DNA from: a bacterium
Lineage (GTDB): Bacteria > Acidobacteriota > Blastocatellia > HR10
Direction of reading: 5' to 3'
Assembly: GCA_041640655.1 (NCBI GenBank)
Contig: JBEPZV010000012.1
Span: 1 to 59,667, forward strand
DNA length: 59,667 nucleotides
The notes beneath the pieces are model-generated. The model worked only from the letters and a program-made list of their open reading frames with translations. It searched no databases and was not told the DNA's origin. A program made the translations under genes and the position numbers. Position 1 is the first letter of the stretch. Each line of letters starts with the position of its first letter. Shown piece after piece: positions 1 through 9,637 of the stretch.

Positions 1-163
1 TCTCTCCGGCGTTCTGCCCCCCCACGCCATCGGCGACGGCGAAGAGCCCCGCTTCCTCCACGATCAGGAAACTGTCCTCGTTCACCGGGCGACGAGGATT
101 CAATCCCCGATCCGAGACGAAGCCGTAACTTCCCCACGCGAATCGTCTGGTCTCCGCGCTCAC
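1..163 (-). CDS. PP2C-family Ser/Thr protein phosphatase, N-terminal part (runs off window edge)
   Basis: Manual translation from GTG at 163: [54 protein letters not shown], containing the PP2C motifs SDxG..R..NED and AVADGxGG. Not in the ORF track. Confidence 0.85.
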   Translation of the reverse strand, partial: MSAETRRFAWGSYGFVSDRGLNPRRPVNEDSFLIVEEAGLFAVADGVGGQNAGE

Positions 164-413
164 TTCATCCCCCGCGCCTGGCCGCCCGCCGCCTCACGGA
201 CGAATCTTTCGCACTGCGATCCCCTTCCCTATCGAGTTGGGCCGAGCCTCATGCCTCCTTCGTCGGTGGCCTCCAAGAGCCACGCCCGCACTTCCGACGT
301 CGGAGATGTAAATTGTAATCCTCGCCCCACCGGGCAGCAACCGAGAGCGCGGAGAGGAGGTGACGGTCTCCCCTTCTGGGAAAGCGCTCACGGGCGCACG
401 CCGACATGAGCGC

Positions 414-827
414 TCACTCGCCGAGGACCTTGATCACGACGCGCTTGCGCCGGCGTCCGTCGAACTCCGCGTAGAAGATGCGCTGCCACGTCCCCAGGTC
501 CAGCTTCCCGTTGGTCACCGGGACGATGACCTGATGATGAATGAGCAGGCACTTCAGATGCGCATCCCCGTTGTCCTCGCCCGTCGCATGATGGCGATAG
601 GGCGCGCCGTAGGGCGCGATCTTCTCCAGCATCTCATCGAGATCGCGAAGCAGACCATCCTCATCGTCGTTGATGTACACGCCGGCCGTCGTGTGAAGGG
701 CCGAGACCACGACCACACCCTCGCGAATCCCACTCCTTTGGACGGCGCGTTCGACCTCGCGCGTGATGTTGATGTATTCGCGCCGCGTCTTCGTGTGGAA
801 TTCCAGATACTCGGTGTGCGCCCTCAT
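414..827 (-). CDS. yjbQ: YjbQ/UPF0047 family protein
   Basis: [17 protein letters not shown] and [14 protein letters not shown] motifs; 137 aa. Confidence 0.9.
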   Translation of the reverse strand: MRAHTEYLEFHTKTRREYINITREVERAVQRSGIREGVVVVSALHTTAGVYINDDEDGLLRDLDEMLEKIAPYGAPYRHHATGEDNGDAHLKCLLIHHQVIVPVTNGKLDLGTWQRIFYAEFDGRRRKRVVIKVLGE

Positions 828-863
828 CGTTCTCCCCCTTCCCGCCGCCGATGCGCGTCCGCA

Positions 864-3065
864 TCAGCCGCGCTTCAGGACGATGACCGCCAGTGGAGGC
901 AATGTCAATTGCACCGAATAGGGGCGACCGGACCAGGGAATGGGCTCAGCCCAAATGGATTCGGGGTTGCCGAGACCGCTCCCCCCATATTCCGGCCGGT
1001 CGCTGTTGAAGACCTCTCGATACGCCCCGGGCTCTGGGACGCCGAGGCGATACCCCAAGCGCGGCACCGGCGTGAAGTTGCAGACGAAGATGAGGAACGG
1101 AGCCGCGCGACGCGCTCGCCGCAGGAAGGCGATGATGCTCTGCTCCCAATCGTGACAATCAATCCACTCGAATCCGCTCGGCTCGAAATCGCACTCGTAA
1201 AGCGCCGGCTCCGCGAGATAGAAGTGATTCAGATCGCGAACGTACCGATGGAGCTGGCGATGCGGCTCCTCCTCAAGGAGATGCCAATCGAGGCTCGTCC
1301 CCACGTCCCATTCGCGCCACTGCCCGAATTCTCCCCCCATGAAGAGCAGCTTCTTGCCCGGATGGCCGAACATATATCCGTAAAGGAGGCGCAGGTTGGC
1401 GAACTTCTGCCAGCGATCGCCGGGCATCTTCTCCAGAAGCGATCGTTTCCCGTGTACGACCTCGTCGTGCGAGAGTGGCAGGATATAGTTCTCCGAGAAG
1501 GCGTACATGAGCGAGAACGTCAGCTCATGGTGGTGATACTTGCGGTAGATCGGATCCCGGGTCATATAGCGCAGCGTGTCGTTCATCCACCCCATGTTCC
1601 ATTTGAACGTGAAGCCCAAGCCGCCGAGATACGTCGGGCGGGAGACCATAGGCCAGGCCGTGGATTCTTCGGCGATCGTCACCGCGCCGGGATAGAGTCC
1701 GTGCACCCATTCGTTGAACCGCTGCAAGAACGCGATCGCCTCTAAATTCTCGTTCCCCCCGTATGGATTCGGCACCCATTCGCCCGGGCGCCGGGAATAA
1801 TCGAGGTAGAGCATCGAGGCGACGGCGTCCACGCGCAATCCATCGGCGTGATAGCGATCCAACCAAAAGAGCGCGCTCCCCAACAGGAAGTTCCGCACCT
1901 CATGGCGCCCATAGTTGAAGATGAGTGTCCCCCAATCCGGGTGCTCCCCGCGGCGCGGATCGGCATGCTCGTAGAGATGCGTGCCATCGAAGAAGGCGAG
2001 CCCGTGGGCGTCCTTGGGGAAATGCGCGGGCACCCAATCGAGGATCACGCCGATCCTGTGCTCGTGCAGGTAGTTGACGAAGTACGCGAAATCCTCGGGC
2101 GAACCGTATCGGCTCGTCGGCGCGTAGTAGCCGAGGGCTTGATACCCCCAGGAGCCATCGAAGGGATGTTCCAAGATCGGCAGCAGCTCCACGTGCGTGT
2201 ACCCCATCTCCCGCACATATGCGGCCAACTGATGCGCGGCCTCCCGATACGTGAGCGGCCGATGCCCTTGCTCCGGCACACGCCGCCATGATCCGAGATG
2301 CACCTCGTAGATGTTCATGGGCGCATCGAGCGCCTGACGACGCGCGCGCTCCTCCAGCCATTCGCGATCCGAGAACCGACAGCGCGAGAGATCGAAGACG
2401 ATCGCCGCCGTCTTCGGTGGGCGCTCGAAGAAGACCCCATAGGGATCGCTCTTCAGAAGCAACCGGTCGCCGTGCCGCGATTTGATCTCAAACTTGTAGA
2501 GCGTCCCTTCGGGGAGCTCGGGGATGAAGAGCTCCCAGATGCCGCTCTGTCCCCGCACGCGCATGGGATGGCGGCGCCCATCCCACGCGTTGAAGTCGCC
2601 GACGACGCTGACGCGCCGCGCATTCGGCGCCCAGACGGCGAAATGGACGCCACGCACCCCCTCGACCTCGCGCACGTGCGCCCCCAGTTTCTCGAAGATT
2701 CGCTGATGCGTCCCCTCGCCGATGAGGTGGAGATCGAAATCCGTGAGCACAGGGGGGAAACTGTAAGGGTCGAGGCATTCTCGAACGCCGCCGCGGTCCA
2801 CCACGCGCAGGCGATACGGAAAGGTCTCCGTCACGCCCCAGAAGACGACCTCGTAGAACCCCTCCGGATGCACGCGCTCCATCGGATGCGCGTGACCGGA
2901 GCGCGCATCCACGACGAACGCCTCCTGGGCGTCCGGCAGGAACGCGCGAATGGCGAAGCCCGAGACCCCCTCGCGCGCCACCGGATGCCGTCCCAGGACA
3001 TGAAACGGATCGGCATGCTCGGCGCGAACGATCAACTCGATCTCCACCGGCGATGCTGTGCTCAT
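864..3065 (-). CDS. glgB: 1,4-alpha-glucan branching enzyme (GH13)
   Basis: [37 protein letters not shown] and [10 protein letters not shown] motifs. Confidence 0.97.
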   Translation of the reverse strand: MSTASPVEIELIVRAEHADPFHVLGRHPVAREGVSGFAIRAFLPDAQEAFVVDARSGHAHPMERVHPEGFYEVVFWGVTETFPYRLRVVDRGGVRECLDPYSFPPVLTDFDLHLIGEGTHQRIFEKLGAHVREVEGVRGVHFAVWAPNARRVSVVGDFNAWDGRRHPMRVRGQSGIWELFIPELPEGTLYKFEIKSRHGDRLLLKSDPYGVFFERPPKTAAIVFDLSRCRFSDREWLEERARRQALDAPMNIYEVHLGSWRRVPEQGHRPLTYREAAHQLAAYVREMGYTHVELLPILEHPFDGSWGYQALGYYAPTSRYGSPEDFAYFVNYLHEHRIGVILDWVPAHFPKDAHGLAFFDGTHLYEHADPRRGEHPDWGTLIFNYGRHEVRNFLLGSALFWLDRYHADGLRVDAVASMLYLDYSRRPGEWVPNPYGGNENLEAIAFLQRFNEWVHGLYPGAVTIAEESTAWPMVSRPTYLGGLGFTFKWNMGWMNDTLRYMTRDPIYRKYHHHELTFSLMYAFSENYILPLSHDEVVHGKRSLLEKMPGDRWQKFANLRLLYGYMFGHPGKKLLFMGGEFGQWREWDVGTSLDWHLLEEEPHRQLHRYVRDLNHFYLAEPALYECDFEPSGFEWIDCHDWEQSIIAFLRRARRAAPFLIFVCNFTPVPRLGYRLGVPEPGAYREVFNSDRPEYGGSGLGNPESIWAEPIPWSGRPYSVQLTLPPLAVIVLKRG

Positions 3066-3137
3066 GCTGGCGCGCTCGCGAGCGACCCGAATATAATGCT
3101 CGTCTCATCGGCTCGGCCTCGGCGATCGGAAGGAACG

Positions 3138-3635
3138 ATGCGACCGAGCGCGCACATTTTAATCGGGCTTCCCGGGTCGGGCAAGAGCACGCTCGCGCGA
3201 CGTCTGGCCGAGCTCTACACTCCGGCTTCGATCGTCAGCTCCGATGAGATCCGCAAGCATCTCTACGGCGATGAGGCCATCCAGGGAGAGGCCGCGCGCG
3301 TCTTCCGCTTCGCCCGCTCGAATTTGCTGGCCGCCGTGCGCGCCGGCCGCAACGTCATCTACGACGCCACGAACATCAATCCTCGATTTCGTCGTCTGAC
3401 CCTTCACGAGCTACGCGAGAACGGAGCGCGATGGATCATCGGCTACTGGCTCGACGTGCCGCTCCCGATCTGCCAACAGCGCAATCGCGACCGTCATCGC
3501 ATCGTCCCCGACGCCGTCCTCCTCCGCATGGTGGAAGAGTTGCGCCGATCCCCACCCTCCTTCCACGAGGGGTTCGATGAGCTGGTGATCACCGGGGAAG
3601 CCGTTCAGATCTGCGTGGATGTGGAGGGGAGATGA
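3138..3635 (+). CDS. AAA_33 / polynucleotide-kinase-like P-loop kinase
   Basis: ATG at 3138 after GGAAGG. Walker A GLPGSGKST, SSDEIR and YDATN motifs, R..R lid. The upstream part of ORF 2298..3635 is glgB antisense. Confidence 0.85.
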   Translation: MRPSAHILIGLPGSGKSTLARRLAELYTPASIVSSDEIRKHLYGDEAIQGEAARVFRFARSNLLAAVRAGRNVIYDATNINPRFRRLTLHELRENGARWIIGYWLDVPLPICQQRNRDRHRIVPDAVLLRMVEELRRSPPSFHEGFDELVITGEAVQICVDVEGR

Positions 3636-3650
3636 AAGCCCCCGCCACGC

Positions 3651-5051
3651 TCACGCCATCCACTGCAGCAGCAGGGTCGCCAGGCCGAGCATGATCGTCA
3701 CGCTCACGACATCCTGAAAGGCCGTCTCGAACGGACCGGCCGTGATCGCGGGATCAAAGCCCAGGCGCTTGGAAATCATCGGGATGATCGTCCCCACAAA
3801 CCCCGAGAGATTGATGGCCACGAACATCGAGAAGCCGACGACGAATCCGAACACCGGATCGAACCATGTCCCGCGCTCGGCCATGCGCTGCCATCCATGC
3901 CACAGCCCGCCGACGAAGAAGATGAGCGTGCCCAAGATCCCCCCCAAGATGAGCGTCGTCCGCAACTGCCGCGCCACAGGCCGCCACCAATCCTTCAGGC
4001 TGATATGTCCTGTCGCCAACCCCCGCACCACGATCGTCGCCGATTGCAAGCCCGTGTTCCCGGAGATGGCTTGAATGACCGGCATGAACGACGCCAACAG
4101 AATGACCGTCCCCAACGTATCATCGAACCGGTGGATGACCGCCCCGGCGATCAATTCGATGACAACGGTGATGAGGAGCCAGGGCAGGCGCAGCCGCGCG
4201 ATCTCCGCCGGCGTCCGCCGCTCCAGCTCCGCCGCGTCCGATCCCACCATGCGGAAGTAATCCTCGGTCAGCTCCTCTTGCAAGACGTCAATCACATCGT
4301 CCACGGTCACGATCCCGACGAGCCGGTTCTCGTCATCCACCACGGGGACGGCCATGAGGTCGTACTTGGAGACGACGCGCGCGACCTCCTCCTGATCCGT
4401 GCTCGTGTGCACGCTGATGACATCCGTGGACATGATCTTGCGCAGCGGCGTGCTCGGGGGATTGAGCAGAAGCTGGCGCAAGCTCACGACGCCGACCAAA
4501 TGATGCCGATCGTCCACGACGTAGAGGTAGAAGACCATCTCCAGCTCATCGCTCTTACGCTGCAAGGTGGAGATGGCCTCGCCGACGGTCATGTCCTCGT
4601 GCAGCGCGAAGACGTGCGGGTTCATGATGCGGCCGGCCGTGTTCTCCTCGAACTGCAACTGATCCACCACATCCACCGACCGCGCCACGTGCATCAATTC
4701 GAGCACGCGCTCGACCAACTCCGGTGGGAGCTTGGAGGTGATCTGCGTGGCATCATCCACGGGGATCTTCTGCAGGAGATCGGCGATCGTCTCCGGCTCC
4801 AGATGCGCCAGAAGCGAGGCCGCTTCCTCGGGCGGCATCTCGCTCAAGGCCGAGGCTACGAAATCCCCATCTTGCTTGAGGAGGGACCGGAGGGCGAACA
4901 GCCGTTCCCCATCGGTGAGGTTCCCGAAGATGACGGCGACGTCGGCCGGACGCATCTTTCGCAGCAAGTTAACGAGATTGGTGCTCGCCCCAATACGCGC
5001 CAACTTGCGCGCCGACTCGATGGCCAAGTCGAGTTTTCGCAGGTACGCCAT
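3651..5051 (-). CDS. mgtE: Magnesium transporter MgtE
   Basis: MgtE_N, a CBS pair (YLYVVD; VPVVD..LVGIVTVDD), TM region RLPWL, GNTGLQS and DPA..GPFETAFQD. Confidence 0.95.
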   Translation of the reverse strand: MAYLRKLDLAIESARKLARIGASTNLVNLLRKMRPADVAVIFGNLTDGERLFALRSLLKQDGDFVASALSEMPPEEAASLLAHLEPETIADLLQKIPVDDATQITSKLPPELVERVLELMHVARSVDVVDQLQFEENTAGRIMNPHVFALHEDMTVGEAISTLQRKSDELEMVFYLYVVDDRHHLVGVVSLRQLLLNPPSTPLRKIMSTDVISVHTSTDQEEVARVVSKYDLMAVPVVDDENRLVGIVTVDDVIDVLQEELTEDYFRMVGSDAAELERRTPAEIARLRLPWLLITVVIELIAGAVIHRFDDTLGTVILLASFMPVIQAISGNTGLQSATIVVRGLATGHISLKDWWRPVARQLRTTLILGGILGTLIFFVGGLWHGWQRMAERGTWFDPVFGFVVGFSMFVAINLSGFVGTIIPMISKRLGFDPAITAGPFETAFQDVVSVTIMLGLATLLLQWMA

Positions 5052-5120
5052 CCTCAGTTGTGCGTCCCCGTCCCGTCATCTTCGCCAAACACCTAAGCAT
5101 GGCAAATCTCCGGCCATTTT

Positions 5121-5504
5121 TCAACGTGAATGCCGGCAGGCGGGGATTTCCCCGAGAGGAGAGTGCCGGGGGCGCCACCGGTGCGCTTCGATGGCCACCT
5201 GATCCTCGCGGAGAAAGACGACGCCCTCCGACTCCAACAGATCGCGCTGCAGCTGTTGCAACCAGAGCGCGCGCCGCCCGATGCTCAAGCGCCCCTCACG
5301 ATCGACCACGCGATGCCAGGGGACGTCGGGCGGACATGCGGCGAGCGCCCACCCCACGACGCGCGCCGAGACGTTCGACCGGCACAGCGCCGCGATCTGA
5401 CCGTATGATGCTACACGCCCGCGCGGGATGCGCCGCACAATGCGATAGATCTCGGCAAAACATCGGCCTCGAGTCTCCTCCCGTGCTCGTCGGGATCGCT
5501 TCAT
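5121..5504 (-). CDS. Alkyltransferase-like protein (ATL; MGMT family DNA-binding domain)
   Basis: IPRGRVASYGQIA HTH; PWHRVV (Trp in place of the MGMT active Cys). Confidence 0.88.
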   Translation of the reverse strand: MKRSRRAREETRGRCFAEIYRIVRRIPRGRVASYGQIAALCRSNVSARVVGWALAACPPDVPWHRVVDREGRLSIGRRALWLQQLQRDLLESEGVVFLREDQVAIEAHRWRPRHSPLGEIPACRHSR

Positions 5505-6591
5505 AGAAATCGCGGCAGGAGACTGTCGGCTTCAGCCGACAGAGGAATGCCGCTCTTGACACCTCCTTCCTCTCGATGCGTAAGGTTCAGTGGGTTGAAA
5601 GAGCTATACGACTGACGGCGATCGTCAAATTGATGCCTGATGAGGCTCAGGCGAAAGCCTTGAGAGACACCATTCGCGCCTGCAACTACGCCGCCACAGT
5701 AGCCCGGGAGCGGAAGGGGTTTAACCGAAAGGCGCTTCACCGGCTCGTCTATCGGGGCATCAGAGACCGCTTCGGACTGCCAGCGCAACTCGCCGTCCAC
5801 GTGATCAGCAAGGTGGTGGAGAGCTACGCGGACAGGCGGAATCGGAACGAACGCCGTGCCTTCAAGGAGCTTGGTGCCGTTCGCTACGATAGCCGTATTC
5901 TCAGCTTGAAATTGAGCCAACGTTTGGTCTCCATCGCCACGCTCCAAGGTCGCCTCAAGATCCCATTCACGGCAGGAGAACGGCAGTTCCGACCCCTCGA
6001 ACGCCCGGTTCGCGAGCTGACCTCCTGGCTGTTCATCCGCAAGGAAGAGTTCTACTTGGCCGTTGTTTGCGAAGTGGACGACCCTGAAACCATAAACCCC
6101 GAAGGCATTCTCGGGGTTGACGTGGGGCAGGTCAACTTGGCCACCGAGAGCACCGGCGAGTGCTTCTCCGGCGAAGCCCTCACGCGGGTCCGTCTGCGCT
6201 ATGCCCAACTCCGGAGACGCCTCCAGAAGCGTGGCACGCAGTCTGCCAAACGTCACCTGCGGAAACTGTCCCGCAAGGAACGAAACTTCACGACGACGAC
6301 CAACCACACCATCGCCCGGCGGCTGGTGGAGAAAGCCCAAAGGCACCGCGCCGCGATTGCCCTCGAAAACCTTAAAGGCATCAGGGCGCGGACAACGGTT
6401 CAAAAGGGAAGGAACAGGAGGTCTCAGTCCGAATTCGTTTGCCGGTCGTGTGGATGCTCCGACCACGCCGACCGGGTGGCGGCGGTGAATATCGCCGCCA
6501 GGGCTGCCGTCAACCAGCCTATTGTCGGGTGGGGTGCGCATCACAACACCTCGCTACGGCAAGCTGTCGGCTTCGGCCGATAGCGGTTGAC
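5505..6591 (+). mobile_element. IS200/IS605-family tnpB-only (IS1341-like) non-autonomous element
   Basis: Related subterminal hairpins CTGTCGGC-TTCA-GCCGACAG (5523-5542) and GCTGTCGGC-TTCG-GCCGATAGC (6563-6584). Left flank TTCAT, right end TTGAC. Guide tetranucleotides GAGA and CAAG fit the IS608-type pairing rule. No tnpA inside. Confidence 0.88.
5576..6583 (+). CDS. tnpB: TnpB RNA-guided endonuclease homolog with an internal in-frame deletion (possibly defective)
   Basis: RuvC motifs GVDVG, ALENL and HADRVAAVNI are present, but only one CxxC. The usual SW.F.QL...VDP..TS.TCxxCG segment is missing between TTVQKG and RNRRSQ. Confidence 0.9.
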   Translation: MRKVQWVERAIRLTAIVKLMPDEAQAKALRDTIRACNYAATVARERKGFNRKALHRLVYRGIRDRFGLPAQLAVHVISKVVESYADRRNRNERRAFKELGAVRYDSRILSLKLSQRLVSIATLQGRLKIPFTAGERQFRPLERPVRELTSWLFIRKEEFYLAVVCEVDDPETINPEGILGVDVGQVNLATESTGECFSGEALTRVRLRYAQLRRRLQKRGTQSAKRHLRKLSRKERNFTTTTNHTIARRLVEKAQRHRAAIALENLKGIRARTTVQKGRNRRSQSEFVCRSCGCSDHADRVAAVNIAARAAVNQPIVGWGAHHNTSLRQAVGFGR

Positions 6592-6611
6592 CTCATGCTC
6601 CGGAACGATGC
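6430..6611 (+). ncRNA. Putative omegaRNA (scaffold over tnpB 3' end and right end, plus about 20-nt guide from the flank)
   Basis: Inferred from established TnpB biology. The right end at 6591 is visible and the guide would be CTCATGCTCCGGAACGATGC (6592-6611). The 5' boundary is a guess. Confidence 0.5.
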
Positions 6612-7078
6612 AAGGATTGCGCGAGCGCGACGATGACATATACCAAGATCACCGCCTCGATGGCATCGAGCGCGCCAATCACAGCCAGAGCCATGCGCGC
6701 CCGCTCCCGAAAGGAAGGTCCGGGCATGGGCTGCCGACGCAAGTGAGCGACTGCGCGCGAGGTCGTGCACGTCAGCTCGTTGGCCATCCACCCGAGCCAA
6801 TGATAGAGGACGACGAGGGCGACGGGCCACAGCGCGAGCACGCCCCGATACAGGAGCGCATAAAGCAGGAGCACCGTGAAATACGCCGCCTCCAGGCGGA
6901 TCAGCCCGGTCAACTGGCCGAGACCGGCGATCTCGCGGGCCGAGAGCGTCGCTTGCGCTCCCGAAGCCAATCGCGCCAGCGCGCGCAGCCGAATCCATCC
7001 GAGCGCGTTCGCGCCCAGACACGCGAGGGTCAGCACGAGCATCACAACCGTCGCTTCTTGAAACACGCCTCTCGCCAT
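6593..7078 (-). CDS. Hypothetical membrane protein (about 4 TM helices)
   Basis: Several hydrophobic segments; ATG at 7078 chosen from ORF 6593..7123. Confidence 0.7.
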   Translation of the reverse strand: MARGVFQEATVVMLVLTLACLGANALGWIRLRALARLASGAQATLSAREIAGLGQLTGLIRLEAAYFTVLLLYALLYRGVLALWPVALVVLYHWLGWMANELTCTTSRAVAHLRRQPMPGPSFRERARMALAVIGALDAIEAVILVYVIVALAQSLHRSGA

Positions 7079-7167
7079 AGGCCAAGTATCATGCCCGAAG
7101 GGATCGGCTGCGGCAAGCTCCAAACGTGCTGCTCTCTTCAGGACCTGAAGAGATTCGGCCCCTACGC

Positions 7168-7197
7168 TTGACGCGAACGTTCGCCGACCACTATAAC
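7168..7197 (+). promoter_or_regulatory. Sigma70-type promoter for the dienelactone hydrolase gene
   Basis: TTGACG-N18-TATAAC. Confidence 0.6.
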
Positions 7198-7241
7198 TTC
7201 ACTTTCGCTGGATGATCCTGGACTCGCGGGAGGGAGTAACG

Positions 7242-7919
7242 ATGGCGGGACACATGGTTGAGTTCACGGCGAATGGGAAGACGGCATCGGGCTATCTCGC
7301 GCTCCCTGCAGGGAAAGGCCCGGGCGTCGTCGTCATCCAAGAGTGGTGGGGTCTTGTGGATCACATCAAGGATGTCTGCGATCGCTTCGCGGCGGCCGGA
7401 TATGTCGCTCTGGCACCGGATCTCTATCACGGGCAGACGACGAAGTCCCCAGATGAGGCGGGTAAGCTCATGATGGCCCTTCGAATTGATGAGGCCGAGA
7501 AGGAGCTGCGCGGCGCGATCCACTACCTGCTCGCCCACCCCTCGGTGGAACCGAAGAAGGTCGGCACGATCGGTTTCTGCATGGGCGGCGCGCTCTCGCT
7601 CTACGCGGCGTGCGAGAATCCGCAGGTGAGCGCGTGCGTCGTCTTCTACGGCGGGCATCCGAACGTGAAGCCGAACCTGGAGAAGCTGCAAGCTCCCGTG
7701 CTCGGCATCTACGCCGAACGGGATCAATTCGTGACGCCGGAGTCGGTGCGCCAGCTGGAAGCACAATTGAAACACCTGGGGAAGACGGCCGAGATCCACA
7801 TCTATCCGGGCGCAGACCATGCCTTCTTCAACGACACGCGCCCGGAAGTGTACAACCGTGAAGCTGCGGAAGACGCGTGGCGGCGCACCCTGGACTTCTT
7901 CAGCAAATATCTCCGCTGA
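7242..7919 (+). CDS. Dienelactone hydrolase family protein
   Basis: IQEWWGL, APDLY, GFCMGG nucleophile and HAFFN motifs; GGAGGGAG RBS. Confidence 0.92.
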   Translation: MAGHMVEFTANGKTASGYLALPAGKGPGVVVIQEWWGLVDHIKDVCDRFAAAGYVALAPDLYHGQTTKSPDEAGKLMMALRIDEAEKELRGAIHYLLAHPSVEPKKVGTIGFCMGGALSLYAACENPQVSACVVFYGGHPNVKPNLEKLQAPVLGIYAERDQFVTPESVRQLEAQLKHLGKTAEIHIYPGADHAFFNDTRPEVYNREAAEDAWRRTLDFFSKYLR

Positions 7920-8048
7920 TCCGACCGGAGCGGGCCGAGGGTGCGGCTCTCTGGCCCGCATCGTTCGAGACGTCGAGACGACGGCTTCTGACGAAGTGAC
8001 GCCGAGCACGCCCCTCGGAGATCGTCCGCAGCGGAGCGCACGTCGTGC

Positions 8049-8843
8049 TCACCCTTCACCGGGAGATTCCGCCATGGTCATCCCCATGACGTGATACCCA
8101 CCGTCCACGAAGAGAACTTCGCCCGTGATGCCCCGCGAGAGAGGGCTCACGAAGAAGAGCGCCGCATCGGCGACTTCAGCCGGATCGGTATTCCGTCGCA
8201 ACGGCGATGTCTGCGCCACGTGCTTCAGCATCCGGGAGAAGCCGGGAACACCGCTGGCAGCGAGCGTCTTGATCGGGCCGGGGGAGAGCGCGTTGACGCG
8301 GATCCCCTTCGGTCCGAGCTCCGCCGCGAGGTATTTCACCGTGGATTCGAGCGCGGCCTTGGCGACTCCCATGACGTTGTACCCCGGCATCACGCGCTCG
8401 CTCCCCAAGTACGTCAACGTGACGATGCTCCCGCCCTGCTCCGCCATGAGCGGAGCCGCGCGGCGCGCCAGCGCGATGAGCGAATAGACGCTCACCTCGT
8501 GGGCGATACGATACCCCTCGCGCGAGGTGTTGAGAAAAGCCCCTTCCAAATCCTCGCGCGGTGCGAACGCGATCGAGTGGATGAGGAAGTCAAGGCGCTG
8601 GAATTCGCGAGCGAGCGTCTCGAAGACGGCCTCGATCTGGCTCTCCTCGGTCACATCGCAGGGGAGAACCAGAGGAGGATGCCGCAAGGTCGCCGCCAAT
8701 TCGCGCACGTTCTCCCCGAGCCGTTCGTTCTGATACGTCAATGCGAGCCGAGCGCCCGCCTCATCGAAGCGTTGAGCGATCGCCCAGGCGATGCTCCGTT
8801 TGTTCGCGATGCCGAAGATGATCCCCGTTCGCCCCTCCAACAT
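8049..8843 (-). CDS. fabI: Enoyl-ACP reductase
   Basis: GIANKRSIAW, HSIAFA, YNVMGVAKAALE and GPIKTLAA motifs. Confidence 0.95.
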   Translation of the reverse strand: MLEGRTGIIFGIANKRSIAWAIAQRFDEAGARLALTYQNERLGENVRELAATLRHPPLVLPCDVTEESQIEAVFETLAREFQRLDFLIHSIAFAPREDLEGAFLNTSREGYRIAHEVSVYSLIALARRAAPLMAEQGGSIVTLTYLGSERVMPGYNVMGVAKAALESTVKYLAAELGPKGIRVNALSPGPIKTLAASGVPGFSRMLKHVAQTSPLRRNTDPAEVADAALFFVSPLSRGITGEVLFVDGGYHVMGMTMAESPGEG

Positions 8844-8962
8844 AGGCCCAAACGATACCCAACCCGAGTCGAAGACGTCAACTCCTCCCCGATTTTTGAC
8901 AGCCCTGGCGCGAGCGGCTAAAATTCGCACTTTCGCGCATTGCGCCATCGGGAGTGGAGATC

Positions 8963-9637
8963 ATGCTCGGCGGCGTACTGGAGGCGATCAAGAATGCCCT
9001 TCTCGAACTCGGCCCCATGGGGATGATCCTCATCGCCACGCTCGACTCCTCGCTCCTCTCGATCCCGGAGATCAACGACGTGCTCGTCGTCACGCGCGTC
9101 CTTCACCGCCCGGCGGAAGTGTTCTACTGGCCGCTGTTGGCCGCGACGGGATCCGTCCTCGGATGCTTGCTCCTTTACACGCTCGCCCGGAAAGGCGGCG
9201 AGGTTTTCCTGCGTCGGCGCTTCTCCGCCGAGCGTCTCGCTCGAGTCGAACGGTTCTACGCGCGATACGGCGTCTTCGCCCTGCTCATTCCGGCGCTCTG
9301 TCCACCGCCCACCCCCTTCAAGATCTTCGTCGCGACGGCTGGAGCGCTGCGGTACCCCCGCGCGAAATTCATGCTCACCATCCTGCTGGCGCGATCCACG
9401 CGCTATTACGTCGAGGGGGTCCTCGCCCTCCTCTACGGTCGCGCGGTCCTGCAGTACATGCGGGAACACGGGCTGACGCTCGCGCTCGGGATCGGCGCTC
9501 TGATCGTGATCGGTTACGGAGTCGCGCGGGTGTGCTCCATCCGACGCCGCGCGCGGCGCCGGATCAGAAGCTCCGCATCGAACCTCTCCCCGGCGCCTCC
9601 TCTCCACCCCATGGATCGCGAGCGCCAACGCGCATGA
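8963..9637 (+). CDS. YqaA/DedA (VTT-domain) membrane protein
   Basis: LDSS..PEIND, GSVLG...Y..ARKGG and PPPTPFK motifs. Confidence 0.85.
   Translation: MLGGVLEAIKNALLELGPMGMILIATLDSSLLSIPEINDVLVVTRVLHRPAEVFYWPLLAATGSVLGCLLLYTLARKGGEVFLRRRFSAERLARVERFYARYGVFALLIPALCPPPTPFKIFVATAGALRYPRAKFMLTILLARSTRYYVEGVLALLYGRAVLQYMREHGLTLALGIGALIVIGYGVARVCSIRRRARRRIRSSASNLSPAPPLHPMDRERQRA

Noticed and set aside
194..391. 65-aa minus-strand ORF
   Set aside because: No motif; it overlaps a likely promoter region (TACAAT on the minus strand) upstream of the PP2C gene.
5576..6583. Cas12f / type V CRISPR effector or canonical TldR
   Set aside because: No array is nearby, IS ends flank the gene, and the RuvC acidic residues are not mutated.
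5501..6596. TCAT on both sides of the IS as a target-site duplication
   Set aside because: IS200/IS605 elements make no TSD. The guide-pairing rule puts the right end at TGAC 6591, so the second TCAT (6593-6596) is the neighbouring gene's stop region.
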